Shown here piece after piece: positions 14,501 to 29,409 of a stretch of DNA of 64,000 nucleotides. The first letter of the stretch is position 1. The number at the start of each line of letters is the position of its first letter. The stretch comes from Eledone cirrhosa (taxonomy: Eukaryota). Below the pieces are notes generated by a model. That model saw only the letters and a list, made by a program, of their open reading frames with translations. It made no database searches and had not been told where the DNA came from. The position numbers and the translations under genes were made by a program. The stretch covers positions 137,764,001 through 137,828,000 of the forward strand of contig OZ024743.1 in NCBI GenBank assembly GCA_964016885.1, read 5' to 3'.

Positions 14501-16910
14501 ACCAAGCACCAAGCACCAAACACCAATCACCAAGCCCCAAGCACCAAACACCAAGCACCCAGCACCAAACACCAAACACCAAGCACCAAGCACCCAGAAC
14601 AAAGCACCAAGCACCAAACACCAAACACCAAGCTCCAAGCACCAAACACCAAACACCAAGCACCAAGCACCAAGCACCAAACACCAAACACCAAGCTCCA
14701 AGCACCAAACACCAAACACCAAGCACCAAGCACCAAACACCAAACACCAAGCACCAATCACCAAACACCAAACACCAAGAACCAAGCACCAAGCACCAAA
14801 CCCCAAGCACCAAACACCAAGCACCAATCACCAAACACCGAACACCAAGAACCAAGCACCAAGCACCAAACACCAAGCACCAAGCACCAAGCACCAAGCA
14901 CCAAGCACCAAACACCAAGCACCAAGTACCACACACCGAACACCAAGCACCAAGCACCAAACACCAAACACCAAACACCAAACACCAGGCACCAAGCACC
15001 AATCACCAAGCACCAAGCAAAAACACAAAGCACCAAGCACCAAGCACCAAACACCAAACACCAAACACCAGGCACCAAGCACCAAGCACCAAGCAGCAAG
15101 CACCAAGCACCAAACACCAAACACCAAGCCCAAATCACCAAAGAGCAAAAACAAAACACCAAGCACCAAACACCAAACACCAAGCACCAAACACCAAACA
15201 CCAAACACCAAATAGCAAAAACCAAAGAGCAAACTCCAAGCACCAAACAGCAAACACAAAACACCAAACACCAAACACCAAACAGCAAACTCCAAACACC
15301 AAACACCAAGCACCAAGCACCAAATCCCAAGCACCAAACACCAAGCACCAATCACCAAACACCAAGCACCAAGCACCAAACACCAAACACCAAGCACCAA
15401 GTACCAAACACCAAACACCAAGCACCAAACACTAAACAGCAAACGCAAAAAAGCAAATGCCAAACCCCAAACGCCAAACAGCAAACGCCCAGCACCAAAC
15501 ACCAAACACCAAGCGCCAAGCACCAAACACCAAACACCAAGCACCAAGCACCAAACACCAAACACCAAGCACAAATCACCAAACACCAAACACCAAGCGC
15601 CAAACACCAAACACCAAACACCTAGCACCAAGCACCAAGCACCAAACACCAAGCACCAAACACCAAGCACCAAGCACCAAGCACCAAGCACCAAGCACCA
15701 AACACCAATCACCAAGCCACAAGCATCAAACACGAAGCACCCAGCGCCAAACACCAAACACCAAGCACCAAGCACCCAGAACAAAGCACCAAGCACCAAA
15801 CACCAAACACCAAGCTCCAAGCACCAAACACCAAACACCAAGCACCAAGCACCAAGCACCAAACACCAAACACCAAGCACCAAGCACCAAACACCAAACA
15901 CCAAGCACCAATCACCAAACACCAAGCCCCAAGCGCCAAACACCAAACACCAAACACCTAGCACCAAGCACCAAGCACCGAACACCAAGCACCAAACACC
16001 AAGCACCAAGCACCAAGCACCAAGCACCAAGCACCAAACACCAATCACCAAGCCCCAAGCACCAAACACCAAGCACCAAGCACCAAACACCAAACACCAA
16101 GCACCAAGCACCCAGAACCAAGCACCAAGCACCAAACACCAAACTACCAAGCACCAAGCACCAAACACCAAACACCAAGCACCAAGCACCAAGCACCAAG
16201 CACCAAACACCATACACCAAGCACCAAGCACCAAACACCAAAAACCAATCACCAAGCACCAAAGAGCAAACACCAAGCCCCAAGCACCAAACACCAAACA
16301 CCAAACACCAAATAGCAAACACTAAACACCAAACACCAAACAGCAAACACAAAACACCAAATAGCAAACACCAAACACCAAACACCAAACACCAAACAGC
16401 AAACACCAAACACCAAACACCAAACACCAAACAGCAAACACCAAACAGCAAACACCAAACAGCAAACAGCAAACACCAAACACCAAACACCAAGCACCAA
16501 GCACCAAGCACCAAACAACAACACCAAGCACCAAGCACCAAACACCAAGCACCAAGCACCAAACACCTAACACCAAGCTCCAAGCACCAAACACCATACA
16601 CCAAGCACCAAGCTCCAAACACCAATCACCAAGCACCAAGCACCAAACCCCAAGCACCAAACACCAAGCACAAATCACCAAACACCAAACACCCAGCACC
16701 AAGCACCAAACACCAAGCACCAAGCACCAAGCACCAAACACCAAGCACCAAGTACCAAACACCAAACACCAAGCACCAAGTACCAAACACCAAACACCAA
16801 GCACCAAGCACCAAACACCAAACACCAAGCACCAAGCACCAAACACCAAACACCAGGCTCCAAGCACAAAACACCAAGCACCAAGCACCAAGCAACAAAC
16901 ACCAAACACC
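5580..16910 (+). repeat. Copy 1 of a ~11.3-11.6 kb head-to-tail higher-order duplication
   Basis: Rare landmarks recur at fixed offsets: CACCTAG 5603/16921 and CGCTAAACATAAAA 6198/17516 (11318); CGCTAAAATAAAA 10584/22153 and TAGTAAA 11686/23255 (11569); ORF 15912-16625 vs 27474-28187 (11562). Many ORF-track translations are identical or nearly so between copies. Confidence 0.95.
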
Positions 16911-19900
16911 AAACACCAAGCACCTAGCACCAAACACCAAGCACCAAGCACCAAGCAACAAACACCAAGCACCAAGCACCAAACACCAAGCACCAAGCAC
17001 GAAACACCAAGCACCAAGCACCGAGCACCAAACACCAAGTACCAAGCACCAATCACCAAACACCAAGCACCAAGCACCAAACACCAAACACCAAACACCT
17101 AGCACCAAGCACCAAACACCAAACACCAAGAACCAAGCACCAAACACCAAATACCAAGCACCAAGCACTAAACACCAAACACCAAGCACCATGCACCAAG
17201 CATCAAGCACCAAGCACCAAACACCAAGCACCAAGCACCAAGCACCAAGCACCAAACACAAAACACCAAGTACCAAGCACCAAGCACCAAACACCAAACA
17301 CCAAATACCAAGCACCAAGCACCAAACACCAAATACCAAGCTCCAAGCACCAAACACCAAATACCAAGCACCAAGCAACAAACACCAATCACCAAGCACC
17401 AAGCACCAAACCCCAAGCACCAAACACCAAGCACCAATCACCAAACACCAAACACCAAGAACCAAGCACCAAACACCAAGCACCAAGCACCAAGCACAAA
17501 ACACCAAGCACCAAGCGCTAAACATAAAACACTAAGCACCAAGCACCAAGCACCAAGCACCAAACACCAAACATCAAACACCAATCACCAAACATCAAAC
17601 AGCAAACACCAAACACCAAACACCAAACATCAAACACCAAACAGCAAACAACAAACAACAAATGCCAAACTTCAAACGCCAAACACCAAACACCAAATAG
17701 CAAACACCAAACCGCAAACACCAAACACCAAACAGGAAACACCAAACACCAAACAGCGAACACCAAACAGCAAACACCAAACACCAAGCACCAAGCACCA
17801 AGCACAAAACACCAAGCACCAAGCGCCAAACACCAAACACCAAGCACCAAGCACCAAACACCAAGCACCAAACACCAAACACCAATCACCAAGCGCCAAA
17901 CACCAAATACCAAGCACCAAGCACTAAACACCAAACACCAAGCACCAAGCACCAAGCATCAAGCACCAAGCACCAAACACCAAGCACCAAGCACCAAGCA
18001 CCAAGCACCAAACACAAAACACCAAGTACCAAGCACCAAGCACCAAACACCAAACACCAAACACCAAGCACCAAGCACCAAACACCAAACACCAAGCACC
18101 AAGCACCAGACACCAAGCACCAAGCACCAAGCACCAATCACCAAACACCAAGCACGAAGCAGCAAACACCAAACACCAAGCACCAAGCACCAAACACCAA
18201 ACACCAAGCACCAAGCACCAAGCACCAAACACCAAGTACCAAGCACCAAGCACCAAACACCAAACACCAAACACCAAGCACCAAGCACCAAACACCAAAC
18301 ACCAAGCACCAAGCACCAGACACCAAGCACCAAACACCAAGCACCAATCACCAAACACCAAGCACGAAGCACCAAATACCAAACACCAAGCACCAAGCAC
18401 CAAACACCAAACACCAAGCACCAAGCACCAAACACCAAATACCAAGCACCAAGCACCAAGCACCAAACACCAAGCACCAAGCACCAAGCACCAAGAACCA
18501 AGCACCAAATACCAAGCACCAGACACGAAGCACCAATCACCAAATACCAAACACCAAGCACCAAGCACCAAACACCAAACACCAAACACCAGGCACCAAG
18601 CACCAATCACCAAGCACCAAGCAAAAACACAAAGCACCAAGCACCAAGCACCAAACACCAAACACCAAACACCAGGCACCAAGCACCAAGCAGCAAGCAC
18701 CAAGCACCAAGCACCAAGCACCAAACACCAAACACCAAGCACTAAGCACCAAACACCAAACACCAAGCACAAAGCGCCAAAGAGCAAAAACAAAGCACCA
18801 AGCACCAAACACCAAACACCAAACACCAAACACCAAACAGCAAACACCAAACAGCAAACACCAAACAGCAAACAGCAAACACCAAACACCAAACACCAAG
18901 CACCAAGTACCAAGCACCAAACAACAACACCAAGCACCAAGCACCAAACACCAAACACCAAGCACCAAACACCAAACACCAAGCTCCAAGCACCAAACAC
19001 CAAACACCAAGCACCAAGCAGCAAACACCAATCACCAAGCACCAAGCACCAAACACCAAGCACCAAACACCAAGCACCAATCACCAAACACCAAACACCA
19101 AGAACCAAGCACCAAACACAAAACACCAAGCACCAAGCACCAAACACCAAGCACCAAGCACCAAGCACCAAACACCAAACACCAAACACCAAGCACCTCG
19201 CACCAAACACCAAGCACCAAGCACCAAGCAACAAACACCCAGCACCAAGCACCAAACACCAAGCACCAAGCACAAAACACCAAGCACCAAGCACCGAGCA
19301 CCAAACACCAAGTACCAAGCACCAATCACCAAACACCAAGCACCAAGCACCAAACACCAAACACCAAACACCTAGCACCAAGCATCAAACACCAAACACC
19401 AAGAACCAAGCACCAAACACCAAATACCAAGCACCAAGCACTAAACACCAAACACCAAGCAGCAAGCACCAAGCATCAAGCACCAAGCACCAAACACCAA
19501 GCACCAAGCACCAAGCACCAAGCACCAAACACAAAACACCAAGTACCAAGCACCAAGCACCAAACACCAAACACCAAACACCAAGCACCAAGCACCAAAC
19601 ACCAAATACCAAGCTCCAAGCACCAAACACCAAATACCAAGCACCAAGCAACAAACACCAATCACCAAGCACCAAGCACCAAACCCCAAGCACTAAACAC
19701 CAAGCACCAATCACCAAACACCAAGCATCAAGCACCAAGCACCAAACACCAAGCACCAAGCACCAAGCACCAAGCACCAAACACAAAACACCAAGTACCA
19801 AGCACCAAGCACCAAACACCAAACACCAAACACCAAGCACCAAGCACCAAACACCAAACACCAAGCACCAAGCACCAAGCACCAAGCACCAAACACCAAG

Positions 19901-22900
19901 CACCAAGCACCAAGCACCAAACACCAAGCACCAAACACCAAGCATCAGACACCAAGCACCAAGCACCAACCACCAAACACCAAGCACCAAGCACCACACA
20001 TCAAACACCAAGCACCAAGCACCAAACACCAAACACCAAACACCAAACAGCAAACACCAAACAGCAAACACCAAACAGCAAACAGCAAACAGCAAACACC
20101 AAACACCAAGCACCAAGCACCAAGCACCAAACAACAACACCAAGCACCAAGCACCAAACACCAAGCACCAAGCACCAAATACCAAACACCAAGCTCCAAG
20201 CACCAAACACCAAGCACCAAGCACCAAACACCAATCACCAAGCACCAAGCACGAAACCCCAAGCACCAAACACCAAGCACCAATCACCAAACACCAAACA
20301 CCAAGAACCAAGCACCAAACACAAAACACCAAGCACCAAGCACCAAACACCAAGCACCAAGCACCAAGCACCAAACACCAAGCACCAAGTACCAAACACC
20401 AAACACCAAGCACCAAGCACGAAACACCAAACACCAAGCACCAAGCACCAAACACTAAACACCAGGCTCCAAGCACAAAACACCAAGCACCAAGCACCAA
20501 GCACCAAACACCAAACACCAAACACCAAGCACCGAGCACCAAACACCAAGCACCAAGCACCAAGCACCAAACACCAAACACCAAGCACCAAGCACCAAAC
20601 ACCAAACACCAAGCCCAAAGCACCAAAGAGCAAAAACAAAACACCAAGCACCAAACACCAAACACCAAGCACCAAACACCAAACAGCCAACACCAAACAG
20701 CAAACACCAAACACCAAATAGCAAAAACCAAAGAGCAAACTCCAAACACCAAACAGCAAACACAAAACACCAAACAGCAAACACCAAACAGCAAACTCCA
20801 AACACCAAACACCAAGCACCAAGCACCAAATACCAAGCACCAAACACCAAGCACCAATCACCAAACACCAAACACCAAGCACCAAGCACCAAACACCAAA
20901 AACCAAGCACCAAGCACCAAGCACCAAACACCATACGCCAAACACCAAACACCAAGCACCAAGCACCAAACACCAAGCACCAAGCGCCAAAGACCAAACA
21001 CCAAGCACCAAGCACGAAACACCAAGCACCAAGCACCGAGCACCAAACACCATGTACCAAGCACCAATCACCAAACACCAAGCACCAAGCACCAAACACC
21101 AAACACCAAACACCAAGCACCAAGCACCAAACACCAAACACCAAGAACCAAGCACCAAACACCAAATACCAAGCACCAAGCACTAAACACCAAACACCAA
21201 GCATCATGCACCAAGCATCAAGCACCAAGCACCAAACACCAAGCACCAAGCACCAAGCACCAAGCACCAAACACAAAACACCAAGTACCAAGCACCAAGC
21301 ACCAAACACCAAACACCAAACACCAAGCACCAAGCACCAAACACCAAACACCAAGCACCAAGCACCAGACACCAAGCACCAAGCACCAAGGACCAAACAC
21401 CAAACACCAAACACCAAACACCAGGCACAAAGCACCAAACACCAAGCACCAAGCACCAAAAACCAAAGACCAAGCACAAAGCACCAAAGAGCAAACACCA
21501 AACAGCAAACACCAAACACCAAACACCAAACAGCAAATAGCAAACACCAAAGGGCAAACTCCAAACACCAAACAGCAAACACAAAACACCAAACAGCAAA
21601 CAACAAACAGCAAACACCAAAGAGCAAACAGCAAACAGCAAACACCAAACACCAAGCACCAAGCACCAAGCACCAAACACCAACACCAAGCACCAAGCAC
21701 CAAACACCAAGCACCAAGCACCAAACACCAAACACCAAGCTCCAAGCACCAAACACCAAACACCAATCACCAAGCACCAAGCACCAAACCCCAAGCACCA
21801 AACACCAAGCACAAAACACCAAGCACCAAGCACCAAACACCAAACATCAAACACCAATCACCAAACATCAAACAGCAAACACCAAACACCAAACACCAAA
21901 CATCAAACACCAAACAGCAAACAACAAACAACAAACGCCAAACATCAAACGCCAAATACCAAACACCAAATAGCAAACACCAAACCGCAAACACCATACA
22001 CCAAACAGCAAACAACAAACACCAAACAGCGAACACCAAACAGCAAACACCAAACAGCAAACAGCAAGCAACAAACACCAAACACCAAACACCTAGCACC
22101 AAACTCCAAACACCAAGCACCAAGCACCAAGCACAAAACACCAAGCACCAAGCGCTAAAATAAAACACTAATCACCAAGCACCAAGCACCAAGCACCAAA
22201 CACCAAACATCAAACACCAATCACCAAACATCAAACAGCAAACACCAAACACCAAACACCAAACATCAAACACCAAATAGCAAACAACAAACAACAAACG
22301 CCAAACATCAAACGCCAAACACCAAACACCAAATAGCAAACACCAAACCGCAAACACCAAACACCAAACAGCAAACACCAAACACCAAACAGCGAACACC
22401 AAACAGCAAACACCAAACAGCAAACACCAAACACCAAACACCAAACACCAAGCACCAAGCACCAAGCACAAAACACCAAGCACCAAGCACCAAACACCAA
22501 GCACCAAACACCAAACACCAAGCACCAAGCGCCAAACACCAAGCACCGAGCACCAAGCACGAAACACCAAGCACCAATCACCAAACACCAAACACCAAGC
22601 ACCAAACACCAAACAGCAAACACCAATCACCAAACACCAAACACCAAACACCAAACACCAATCACCAAACACCAAACACCAAACACCAAACACCAAACAC
22701 CAAACACCAAACAGTAAACACCAAACACCAAACAGCAAACACCAAACAAACAGCAAACAGCAAACACCAAGCATCAACCAACAAACACCAAACAACAAAC
22801 GCCAAACAGCAAACGCCAACCACCAGATGCCAAACAGCAAACGCCAAACACCAAACGCCAAACAGCAAACACCAAACACCAAACAGCAAACACCAAACAC

Positions 22901-25900
22901 CAAACACCAAATAGCAAACACCAAACAGCAAACACCAAACAGCAAACACCAAACAGCAAACACCAAACAGCAAACAGCAAACACCAAGCACCAAGCACCA
23001 AACACCAAGCACCAAGCAACAAGCACCAATCACCAAGCACCAAGCACTAAACGCCAAGCACCAAGCACCAAACACCAAGCACCAAGCACCAAGCACCAAA
23101 CACCAAGCACCATAGACCAAGCACCAAATACCAAGCACCAAGCACCAAACACCAATCACCAAGCACCAAGCACCAAACACCAAGAACCAAGCACCAATCA
23201 CTAAACACCAAACACCAAGCACCAAGCACTAAACACCAAACACCAAGCACCAAGTAGTAAACTCCAAACACCAAACACCAAGCACCAAGCACAAAATCCC
23301 AAGCAACAAACACCAAGCACCACACATCAAACACCAAGCACCAAGCACCAATCGCCAAGCACCAAGCACCAAGCAACAAACACAAAGCACCAAGCACCAA
23401 GCACCAAGCACGCAACACCAAACACCAATCACCAAGCACCAAAGAGCAAACACGAAGCCCCAAGCACCAAACACCCAACACCAAACACCAAACATCAAAC
23501 ACCAATCACGAATCACCAAACAGCAAACATCAAACACCAAACACCAAACACCAAGCACCAAACACCAAACACCAAACACCAAGCACCAAGCACCAAACAC
23601 CAAACACCAAGCACCAAGCACTAAACACCAAACACCAAGCACCAAGCACCAAGCACCAAACACCAAGCACCAAGCACCAAGCACCAAACACCAAGCCCCA
23701 AGCACCAAACACCAAACACCAAGCACCAAACACCAAGCACCAAACAGCAAGCACCAAGCACCAAGCACCAGACACCAAGCACCGAGCACCAAACACCAAA
23801 CACCAAGCACCAAGCACTAAACACCAAACACCAAGCACCAAGCACCAAGCACCAAGCACCAAACACCAAGCACCAAGCACCAAGCACCAAGCACCAAGCA
23901 CCAAACACCAAGCACCAAGCACCAAGCACCAAACACCAAGCACCAAACACCAAACACCAAGCACCAAGCACCAAACACCAAATACCAAGCACCAAACACC
24001 AAGCACCAAACCCCAAGCACCAAACACCAAGCACCAAACCCCAAGCACCAAACACCAAGCACCAAGCACCAAACACCAAGCACCAAGCACCAAGCACCAT
24101 GCACCAAACACCAAGCACCAAGCACCAAACAGCAAACACCAAACAGCAAACACCAAACACCAAACACCAAACAGCAAACACCAAACAGCAAACACCAAAC
24201 AGCAAACACCAAACACCAAACACCAAATAGCAAACGCCAAGAAGCAAACGCCAAACCCCAAACGCCAAACAGCAAATGCCAAACCCCAAACGCCAGACAG
24301 CAAGCGCCAAACGCCAAAAACCAAGCGCCAAGCACCAAACACCAAACACCAAGCACCAAGCACCAAGCACCAAACACCAAACACCAAACACTAAGCACCA
24401 AACACCGAACAGCAAACGCCAAAAAGCAAACGCCAAAGCCCATACGCCAAACAGCAAATGCCAAACCCCAAACGCCAAACAGCAAGCACCAAACACCAAA
24501 CATCAAGCGCCAAGCACCAAACACCAAACACCAAGCACCAAGCACCAAACACCAAACACCAAGCACCAATCACCAAACACCAAGCACCAAGCGCCAAGCA
24601 CCAAACACCAAACACCTAGCACCAAGCACCAAGCACCAAACACCAAGCACCAAACACCAATCACCAAGCTCCAAGCACCAAACACCAAACACCAAGCACC
24701 AAACACCAAACACCAAGCACCAAGCACCCAGAACCAAGCACCAAGCACCAAACACCAAGCACCAAGCACCGAGCACCAAACACCTAGTACCAAGCACCAA
24801 TCACCAAACACCAAGCACCAAGCACCAAACACCAAACACCAATCACCAAGCACCAAGCACCAAACACCAAGAACCAAGCACCAAGCACTAAACACCAAAC
24901 ACCAAGCACCAAGCACCAAACACCAAACACCAAGCACCAAGTACCAAACTCCAAACACCAAACACCAAGCACCAAGCACCAAATCCCAAGCACCAAACAC
25001 CAAGCACCAATCACCAAACACCAAACACCAAGCACCAAGCACCAAACACCAAAAACCAAGCACCAAGCACCAAGCACCAAACACCAAACGCCAAACACCG
25101 AACACCAAGTACCAAGCACCAAACACCAAGCACCAATCGCCATAGACCAAACACCAAGCACCAAGCACGAAACACCAAGCACCAAGCACCGAGCACCAAA
25201 CACCAAGTACCAAGCACCAATCACCAAACACCAAGCACCAAGCACCAAACATCAAACACCAAGCACCAAGCACCAAACACCAAACACCAAGCACCAAGCA
25301 CCACACACCAAATACCAAGCACCAAGCACTAAACACCAAACACCAAGCACCAAGCACCAAGCATCAAGCACCAAGCACCAAACACCAAACACCAAACACC
25401 AAGCACCAAAAACCAAGCACCAAGCTCCAAGCACCAAACACCAAGCACCAAACACCAAACACCAAGCACCAATCACCAAGCACCAAACACCAAGCACCAA
25501 GCACCAAGCACCAAGCACCAAACACCAAGCACCAAGCACCAAACAGCAAACACCAAGCACCAAACACCAAACACCAAGCACCAAGCAAAAAACAACAAAC
25601 ACCAAGCAACAAACACCAAGCACCAAGCCCCAAGCACCAAACACCAAGCACCGAGCACCAAACACCAAGCACCAAGCACCAAGCACCATGAACCAAACAC
25701 CAAGCACCAAGCACCAAACAGCAAACGCCAAACAGCAAACACCAAACAGCAAACAGCAAACAGCAAACACCAAACACCAAACACCAAACAGCAAACGCCA
25801 AAAAGCAAACGCCAAACCCCAAACGCCAAACAGCAAATGCCAAACCCCAAACGCCAAACAGCAAACGCCAAGCACCAAACACCAAACACCAAGCGCCAAG

Positions 25901-28474
25901 CACCAAACACCAAACACCAAGCGCCAAGCACCAAACACCAAACACCAAGCACCAATTACCAAACACCAAACACCAAGCGCGAAACACCAAACACCAAACA
26001 CCTAGCACCAAGCACCAAGCACCAAACACCAAGCACCAAACACCAAGCACCAAGCACCAAGCACCAAGCACCAAGCACCAAACACCAATCACCAAGCCCC
26101 AAGCACCAAACACCAAGCACCCAGCACCAAACACCAAACACCAAGCACCAAGCACCCAGAACAAAGCACCAAGCACCAAACACCAAACACCAAGCTCCAA
26201 GCACCAAACACCAAACACCAAGCACCAAGCACCAAGCACCAAACACCAAACACCAAGCTCCAAGCACCAAACACCAAACACCAAGCACCAAGCACCAAAC
26301 ACCAAACACCAAGCACCAATCACCAAACACCAAACACCAAGAACCAAGCACCAAGCACCAAACCCCAAGCACCAAACACCAAGCACCAATCACCAAACAC
26401 CGAACACCAAGAACCAAGCACCAAGCACCAAACACCAAGCACCAAGCACCAAGCACCAAGCACCAAGCACCAAACACCAAGCACCAAGTACCACACACCG
26501 AACACCAAGCACCAAGCACCAAACACCAAACACCAAACACCAAACACCAGGCACCAAGCACCAATCACCAAGCACCAAGCAAAAACACAAAGCACCAAGC
26601 ACCAAGCACCAAACACCAAACACCAAACACCAGGCACCAAGCACCAAGCACCAAGCAGCAAGCACCAAGCACCAAACACCAAACACCAAGCCCAAATCAC
26701 CAAAGAGCAAAAACAAAACACCAAGCACCAAACACCAAACACCAAGCACCAAACACCAAACACCAAACACCAAATAGCAAAAACCAAAGAGCAAACTCCA
26801 AGCACCAAACAGCAAACACAAAACACCAAACACCAAACACCAAACAGCAAACTCCAAACACCAAACACCAAGCACCAAGCACCAAATCCCAAGCACCAAA
26901 CACCAAGCACCAATCACCAAACACCAAGCACCAAGCACCAAACACCAAACACCAAGCACCAAGTACCAAACACCAAACACCAAGCACCAAACACTAAACA
27001 GCAAACGCAAAAAAGCAAATGCCAAACCCCAAACGCCAAACAGCAAACGCCCAGCACCAAACACCAAACACCAAGCGCCAAGCACCAAACACCAAACACC
27101 AAGCACCAAGCACCAAACACCAAACACCAAGCACAAATCACCAAACACCAAACACCAAGCGCCAAACACCAAACACCAAACACCTAGCACCAAGCACCAA
27201 GCACCAAACACCAAGCACCAAACACCAAGCACCAAGCACCAAGCACCAAGCACCAAGCACCAAACACCAATCACCAAGCCACAAGCATCAAACACGAAGC
27301 ACCCAGCGCCAAACACCAAACACCAAGCACCAAGCACCCAGAACAAAGCACCAAGCACCAAACACCAAACACCAAGCTCCAAGCACCAAACACCAAACAC
27401 CAAGCACCAAGCACCAAGCACCAAACACCAAACACCAAGCACCAAGCACCAAACACCAAACACCAAGCACCAATCACCAAACACCAAGCCCCAAGCGCCA
27501 AACACCAAACACCAAACACCTAGCACCAAGCACCAAGCACCGAACACCAAGCACCAAACACCAAGCACCAAGCACCAAGCACAAAGCACCAAGCACCAAA
27601 CACCAATCACCAAGCCCCAAGCACCAAACACCAAGCACCAAGCACCAAACACCAAACACCAAGCACCAAGCACCCAGAACCAAGCACCAAGCACCAAACA
27701 CCAAACTACCAAGCACCAAGCACCAAACACCAAACACCAAGCACCAAGCACCAAGCACCAAGCACCAAACACCATACACCAAGCACCAAGCACCAAACAC
27801 CAAAAACCAATCACCAAGCACCAAAGAGCAAACACCAAGCCCCAAGCACCAAACACCAAACACCAAACACCAAATAGCAAACACTAAACACCAAACACCA
27901 AACAGCAAACACAAAACACCAAATAGCAAACACCAAACACCAAACACCAAACACCAAACAGCAAACACCAAACACCAAACACCAAACACCAAACAGCAAA
28001 CACCAAACAGCAAACACCAAACAGCAAACAGCAAACACCAAACACCAAACACCAAGCACCAAGCACCAAGCACCAAACAACAACACCAAGCACCAAGCAC
28101 CAAACACCAAGCACCAAGCACCAAACACCTAACACCAAGCTCCAAGCACCAAACACCATACACCAAGCACCAAGCTCCAAACACCAATCACCAAGCACCA
28201 AGCACCAAACCCCAAGCACCAAACACCAAGCACAAATCACCAAACACCAAACACCCAGCACCAAGCACCAAACACCAAGCACCAAGCACCAAGCACCAAA
28301 CACCAAGCACCAAGTACCAAACACCAAACACCAAGCACCAAGTACCAAACACCAAACACCAAGCACCAAGCACCAAACACCAAACACCAAGCACCAAGCA
28401 CCAAACACCAAACACCAGGCTCCAAGCACAAAACACCAAGCACCAAGCACCAAGCAACAAACACCAAACACCAA
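16900..28474 (+). repeat. Copy 2 of the ~11.3-11.6 kb head-to-tail higher-order duplication
   Basis: Matches 5580-16910 apart from a few substitutions, 14-bp and 237-bp (21552-21788) extra segments and a 7-bp loss. The match ends after ...CAACAAACACCAAACACCAA at ~28474. Confidence 0.95.
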
Positions 28475-29325
28475 GCACCAAACACCAAGCACCAAGCCCC
28501 AAGCACCAAACTCCAAGCACCAAGCACCAAACACCAAGCACCAAGCACCAAGCACCATGCACCAAACACCAAGCACCAAGCACCAAACAGCAAACACCAA
28601 ACAGCAAACACCAAACAGCAAACACCAAACAGCAAACACCAAACACCAAGCACCAAGCACCAAACACCATACGCCAAACACCAAACACCAAGCACCAAGC
28701 ACCAAACACCAAGCACCAAGCACCAAAGACCAAACACCAAGCACCAAGCACGAAACACCAAGCACCAAGCACCGAGCACCAAACACCAAACACCAAACAC
28801 CAAGCACCAAGCACCAAACACCAAACACCAAGAACCAAGCACCAAACACCAAATACCAAGCACCAAGCACTAAACAACAAACACCAAGCACCAAACACCA
28901 AGCACCAAGCACCAAGCACCAAACACAAAACACCAAGTACCAAGCACCAAGCACCAAACACCAAACACCAAACACCAGGCAAAAAGCACCAAACACCAAG
29001 CACCAAGCACCAAACACCAAAGACCAAGCACAAAGCACCAAAGAGCAAAAACAAAGCACCAAGCACCAAACACCAAACACCAAACACCAAACAGCAAACA
29101 CCAAACACCAAATAGCAAACACCAAAGGGCAAACTCCAAACACCAAACAGCAAACACAAAACACCAAACAGCAAACAACAAACAGCAAACAGCAAACAGC
29201 AAACAGCAAACAGCAAACACCAAACACCAAGCACCAAGCACCAAGCACCAAACACCAACACCAAGCACCAAGCACCAAACACCAAGCACCAAGCACCAAA
29301 CACCAAACACCAAGCTCCAAGCACC

Positions 29326-29337
29326 AAAAAAAAAAAA
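29326..29337 (+). repeat. Poly(A) tract A12 interrupting the heptamer register
   Basis: ...CTCCAAGCACC-A12-CACCAAGCACCAAACCCCAAG... Confidence 0.95.
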
Positions 29338-29409
29338 CACCAAGCACCAAACCCCAAGCACCAAACACCAAGCACAAAACACCAAGCACCAAGCACCAAA
29401 CACCAAACA

